Program-made: the position numbers and the translations under genes
Shown here: one piece after another, positions 57,461 to 61,895 of the stretch
Layout: each line of letters begins with the position of its first letter
How positions within the stretch are numbered: the first letter of the stretch is position 1
Origin: Carpediemonas membranifera BICM
Lineage: Eukaryota; Protista; Fornicata
Direction: 5' to 3'
NCBI GenBank assembly: GCA_019828565.1
Contig: JAHDYR010000012.1
Coordinates: forward strand, 1,810,946-1,872,840
Length of the DNA: 61,895 nt
The notes under the pieces: generated by a model
What the model was told of the DNA's origin: nothing
Seen by the model: the letters and a program-made list of their open reading frames with translations, nothing else
Databases searched by the model: none

Positions 57461-57528
57461 AAAAGAAAGAAAGAAAGAAAGAAATTTATGGTGCTTGGAT
57501 TCTGACCCCGGACTGAGCTTGTTTCCCG
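57461..57528 (-). mobile_element. Micro-retroposon copy C
   Basis: 68 bp; core CCGGGGTCAGAATCCAAGCA; (CTTT)n tail; 13-bp TSD TGCTGCAGCCTTG. Confidence 0.85.
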
Positions 57529-57822
57529 TGCTGCAGCCTTGCGCTGGCTTTATAGACAATACCCAGTTGTTTACACTAAAACCGAAAAATCAGTCCAGTA
57601 GACGCTCGAATCGAACTGGAGTGGGGTGGCTGTGATACAGTGTTCGTTCCTGTAGTACCCAGGCAGAAGACCCGACCGGACGATATGGCCTGGAACTCTA
57701 CCGGCAAAAAGCAGCTGGCGGCCGCTGAGGAATATGTGGAAGGCGCTTCCAGAATGATCTTTACACTACTTTCTTTGCTTCTATCTTGTACTTACTGTTA
57801 ATCACTCTCATCATCTTTTTGT

Positions 57823-59480
57823 CTACTTGTGGATGACGGAGCGCCTTCCTGTATTTGCGCTTTTTCTTTTGATACCCTCTGGGAGACTGACAAGTTCCGC
57901 ATGGTCGTCCTGGAGCAGAATAAAGTGGGTAATGCCATGTCTGGAACAGAACACCTGGAAATTCTCACAACGATCAGCAGCTGAGTCGCCAGAAGGGTAC
58001 AAACCCCAAAACTGGTGACCATGTGTGAACAATATCACTGTAGAATTATTACCGTTGTTGCACACCATGATGACATTACGCATGTAGATCATGGAAAACT
58101 CTCGCACAGCATCATCGGTAAGCCAGCCCATCTTGGAAAACAGTTCTGCCTTAGCGGAATCCTCCGTCAGAGCCGTCCGCTTCACCCGGCTTTCCACCAG
58201 CTCGGCACGCAAAGCCATGGCTGCCTCAAGATCTGTTCTGTGGGTCAGGGTGGTCATATCCCGGAAATGGCCGTCCCTAATCATGCAACAGCAGTGCGCA
58301 ACACAGCTGCCATCACGGTGTGTCGAGTATTTCCTCCATGACTTCAACCCATTCACAATTTCCTCAACGAAGGACTGTGGCTGACCGCTGGTGCCGATTG
58401 GAATCTCTTTCTTCTCAATCATATTGTTGATGTGAGACTCAATGGCCACAGATGACTCGTGTTCAGACTTGATCAAGAGCAGAGAGCGAAAGTCGACGAT
58501 CTTAGCAGTGGAATCGAAGTTCGGGTACGCAGGCCGGTAAACCTTGTTAAGCAAAGGATAACAACGCGGCGGGAGTCTTGCGTCTTCCTCCGATACGATC
58601 TTCGCTTTTGCACAACCGTCAGGTCTTGCGATAATGACTCTTCGCTTCATGTACGAGAGCTTGGACATCCAGAACCAGAATTGCGCGATCTCATGGAGGT
58701 GATCTGGCTGAGTCATGATTCTGATGAGCCACGTGGCGTCATGGGCGGCAAGTTCGACGGCGGGTAGCTCATCTGGTGTCAAAAAGCACCACACACCGTT
58801 GCATTGTGAACTTGAACTTGCCAGAATACAACTGAAAGATCGGCCGTGGGTCACGGGCGGAAGACTGGCAGGCGGCAATATACACACCCATGATTCGGGC
58901 GAACTTGCAGACATGACTCTCATAATTCTTCAGAATTGCCTCGATGAAGTCGAAGGCAGTTGTCCAGATGGCTGGTATCGTGCGGGCATCGACCACAAAC
59001 CGACCATCAGAGTCCGAGTGACCAGTGATAATGAAAAAAAGTCTCATAGTCACCATACAGCTTGCCGAATTCCTTGATTTTCGCCTCAAAATCGTCCTCG
59101 TTCTCGAACTGGGCCGTCTCGATAACCGTATACTCGCTATGCATTGCCGCAAAGATCTGACGAATGTGTTCTGCGTGCCCTCCAATGGAGACAGATTCAT
59201 CAATCGAAAACTGCCTGCTATCTCCAGCAACGAACCCATAGGTTGGCTCGAACACGATGAGGACACGTGTATTCTTCAGCGCCAGTGCAGTACGGGTGCA
59301 CTTGTGACGTCGGGATGGCGAGGGAAAACCGACGTTGCGTGTTTCGCTACTGATGTCCCCACAGACACATTCAAACAGCTTTGATCCATCCAGATATCGA
59401 TTTCTCCACCCCATTGCATTGAAAAATGTCTGATCGTCGTTCATGACGCCAATGCCAAATTGAGGGTGAGAAAATGGCAT
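57823..59480 (-). CDS. Caspase/CHAT-like plus OTU-like double cysteine-protease protein (~550 aa, two frameshifts)
   Basis: FFIITGHS..VYIAACQS (His/Cys dyad pattern); RDGSCVAHC..LRAEL..GWLTDDAV..ILLQDDHAELV (OTU Cys and His boxes). Confidence 0.6.
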
Positions 59481-59542
59481 CGCACTTTAAAAGCAGCTTT
59501 ATGTGAGAAATGTATTGCATATAATTCTGCATTCAGAAGACG

Positions 59543-60400
59543 ATGGCTAGAACAAAGCAAACGGCTCGCCGGCCTACGCAAGGTGGAAAGGCGCCTCGCA
59601 AGCAGTTAGCAGCGATAGCTGCGCGGAGAGCGAATACTTCGTCGTACCGCACCTACAAGCCGTTGTCTCAGGCCGCGTTGGAGAATTGCACGGCAGTCCT
59701 GCAAAAGGCTGATGCTGATATCCAAGAAACTATTCTGTCGTGCATCAAGAAGACGGAGGCGCACAACTTCAAGCAGATGGTCAAGAATTCAACACGAGCT
59801 GGTTTCCGACTTGCATTCAACACTGAGTCCGAGTCTGTCCACATGAACCCATCGAGGAAGGACGAGGTGGCAGCGCGGGCAGAAGCTGCTTACCAATCAG
59901 CGCTGCATGCCTTCCGCAGCGTTGACCCTGAGACTGCTGCGACAGAAGATATGAAGACACTGCTTGACACCTTAGCGGTTGCTCTTGACGCAACGCCAGA
60001 TGTGCCACATGCTCGCCTGGATCCTGAAGAACAGCGTCGGTTCCTGAAGCTGAAGGATACGAAGAAATTCTCCAAGTACTGCCTTCCTCGCAGTGACGAG
60101 AAGTTTTTCTCGACCAATCTTCGCGCTGCCTTGCGCGAACACCTGGCGAAGGTGTTTCCAAACCTCCCTTGGAACAAGATTGTCTCCTGCTTCTCCCCTG
60201 AAGCGATCAATGCTGATTTCTTTATCCTGTCCACGAGCAATGCCACCTACGACGAAGCTTGCCTGACAATGCCGTCTGATGAGAGAAAGAAGCTTCGCAA
60301 CCATCTTTCCATGACTGAAGAACGGCAGATTGCTCGTCAAGAGATGGAGGTTGAGATTTACCAGTTTTTAAGAGAGCTCGGTATGTTCTCTACAGTGTAA
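59543..60400 (+). CDS. Histone H3 N-terminal-tail mimic fused to a non-histone helical domain
   Basis: [30 protein letters not shown] followed by ~255 aa lacking H3 histone-fold motifs. Confidence 0.85.
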   Translation: [285 protein letters not shown]

Positions 60401-60488
60401 AGATGCAATTGTTGACCATTGACTCGATCAGCGCGCCTCTAAACCCCACTATTCGAAGGCGTCTCTGCGGGCTGAAGAGACATAAAGG

Positions 60489-61397
60489 TTAAAACAGTTT
60501 AAGGAACTCGTCCAACGTCTTCGCATTGTGCGTCATGGCCACCTTGTCCTTCTTCGTCAACCTCGATTTGGTACCCTTTCTCTTCACAGTCGTCTTCTTC
60601 TTCTTAGAAGGCTCCCAGCTCCCATTGGCGCATGCTTTTCTTAGCTTCTTCTGCTCTAATCTGTACTTCTCCTCCTCCGTCATGTCTGCTTCCTTTTTCT
60701 TTGCCTTCGCCTTCTTCTTCGACTTCATTACATCTAACTTCTTCGCCTTCTCTGCATCCTCCTGGACCACGCGAGAAATTGAGTGCTTCACGTCCTTCGG
60801 TACATCACGATTCCTCGCATGCTTAACCACGACAAAGACATTATCGTCAGTGCCGCCACCTTCAAGGATGACCTTGTCCTTTGGGATCTTGCTGGTGGCA
60901 ACCAAGAAGCAGATCGGCTTCTTATCCACCTTGAATAGGGCAAACCTGCAGTTGCCAGCAGCCGAATGATGGCAAAGCTTGTTGACGCATGCTTCATCAG
61001 GAGTCATGAGGTGCAGCTGTGACGATAGCTGAATCCGAGAAGGCTGATCGCTAAGAACACCCTTGGCAATCCCGAGCACTTCTCCCTCATCAACATCGCC
61101 AGCCGTGACCAAACCATACATCATGTCATCGCCCTTTGACACCATGCATGTGCTGCACTTCAGAGAAATGAGCGATTGGCCGTCAAGCTCGACAATTTGG
61201 TCATCATCGAAAGGCAAGGCGTCTATCTTCATCGCGGCTTCGCCCATGTCCGCCCAATTTGCATAGACACGACGCGCAAGCTCTTCCGGAAAGCAATCGC
61301 AGCAAAAGTTGACAGTTCCACTTTCTTGCTGCATTCTACGCAGTTTATACCAGCAGTTTATACGCAGCAATGACACAGCACCAAGAGCGTGGCACAC
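60489..61397 (-). CDS. Divergent SET-domain protein with Cys-rich N-region and Lys-rich tail (5' end probably extends to ~61706)
   Basis: YGLVTAGDVDEGEVLGIAKG, NKLCHHSAAGNCRF and FLVATSKIPKD match SET motifs; terminal ELxxDY motif absent. Confidence 0.65.
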   Translation of the reverse strand: MCHALGAVSLLRINCWYKLRRMQQESGTVNFCCDCFPEELARRVYANWADMGEAAMKIDALPFDDDQIVELDGQSLISLKCSTCMVSKGDDMMYGLVTAGDVDEGEVLGIAKGVLSDQPSRIQLSSQLHLMTPDEACVNKLCHHSAAGNCRFALFKVDKKPICFLVATSKIPKDKVILEGGGTDDNVFVVVKHARNRDVPKDVKHSISRVVQEDAEKAKKLDVMKSKKKAKAKKKEADMTEEEKYRLEQKKLRKACANGSWEPSKKKKTTVKRKGTKSRLTKKDKVAMTHNAKTLDEFLKLF

Positions 61398-61895
61398 AAC
61401 CCTTCAATGACCCATGTAAGGTTGGGTGGGTCTTATGTCAGGCTGTTTCTTTTTCAATCATTTCAATCATATCCTGCACAGACTTCGTTGATGAAGAAGT
61501 TCTGCTATGACGAAGCCGGCTTGTCGCGACGAGAACTGGGCCATAGAACTGAAATCGGCATCCGAATATCGCGGCACGCATGGGTATTTACCCCCAGAAA
61601 TGTTCAAAGTGTGTTCGTGTTCGGTCATTCCGCCGTCAACGAGCGCCATACGAGACCTCCAAGCATACGCGCATGACTGCATCGGCTCTTCCCGCCTGTT
61701 CTTCATGTCGTCACACCTGCCTCCGACATTTTACTCGTGCGGTGTAGTCATTGCTCTTTACGGTCTCCCCAAGTCCCCCTTTGCCGCGAAGGTGACTGAC
61801 ATGGCGCAGATCGACAACAAGAAGAAGAATAAGATGCTGAAGCTTGGTAGCTTGCTGAACTGGTGCCACTTCTATGGTGGGCAGTTGCAGTTGTC

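Larger units (their letters stand above)
55586..61895. mobile_element. Putative large cargo-carrying element (left end CAGGGTT..., hAT-like), running out of the window
   Basis: Abruptly replaces LINE-B; AT-rich 0.5-kb terminus with repeated ACTCAAAA motifs and inverted repeats; dense genes follow. No transposase, second end or TSD seen. Confidence 0.45.

Noticed and set aside
59543-60400. Canonical histone H3 or CenH3 gene
   Set aside because: 285 aa and no RPGTVALREIR or LPFQRLVREI-type histone-fold motifs.

Overview
Eukaryotic DNA, most likely from a flagellated protist. Compact genes, putative ~30-nt GT-AG introns and GTAAA/TAAA motifs just after stop codons would fit a fornicate/metamonad (inference only). 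Most of the window is a nest of mobile elements around a small host-gene island at ~23-32.5 kb (PUS3/Deg1, secreted beta-amylase, MAGE/Nse3-like protein, LRRC49). The elements are: (i) an IS630/Tc1-type transposase split into four pieces; (ii) two related APE-RT LINEs; (iii) three complete chromodomain Ty3/gypsy elements with very short LTRs (125, 63, 112 bp) and three partial relatives; (iv) CRE/R2-type (RLE) fragments and a hAT fragment; (v) three ~60-70 bp (CTTT)n-tailed micro-retroposons with TSDs; (vi) a cargo-rich element at 55.6 kb to the window end. Four candidate novel systems stand out. (1) All four gypsy 5' LTRs are followed by a perfect 12-bp palindrome (three different sequences) instead of a tRNA primer-binding site. 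(2) The long LINE carries a Maelstrom/arenavirus-NP-like DEDDh Zn nuclease domain in ORF1. (3) The gypsy elements carry an antisense accessory gene, spliced in one copy, whose shared core ends in either a chromo-like domain or a PHD finger. (4) A gene cluster encodes a histone-H3-tail mimic (K9R/K27R, no histone fold) next to SET-like, OTU/caspase-like and Cdc7-like kinase genes. All domain calls are motif recognition by eye; no database searches were run. Many frameshifts sit in homopolymers and may be assembly errors.
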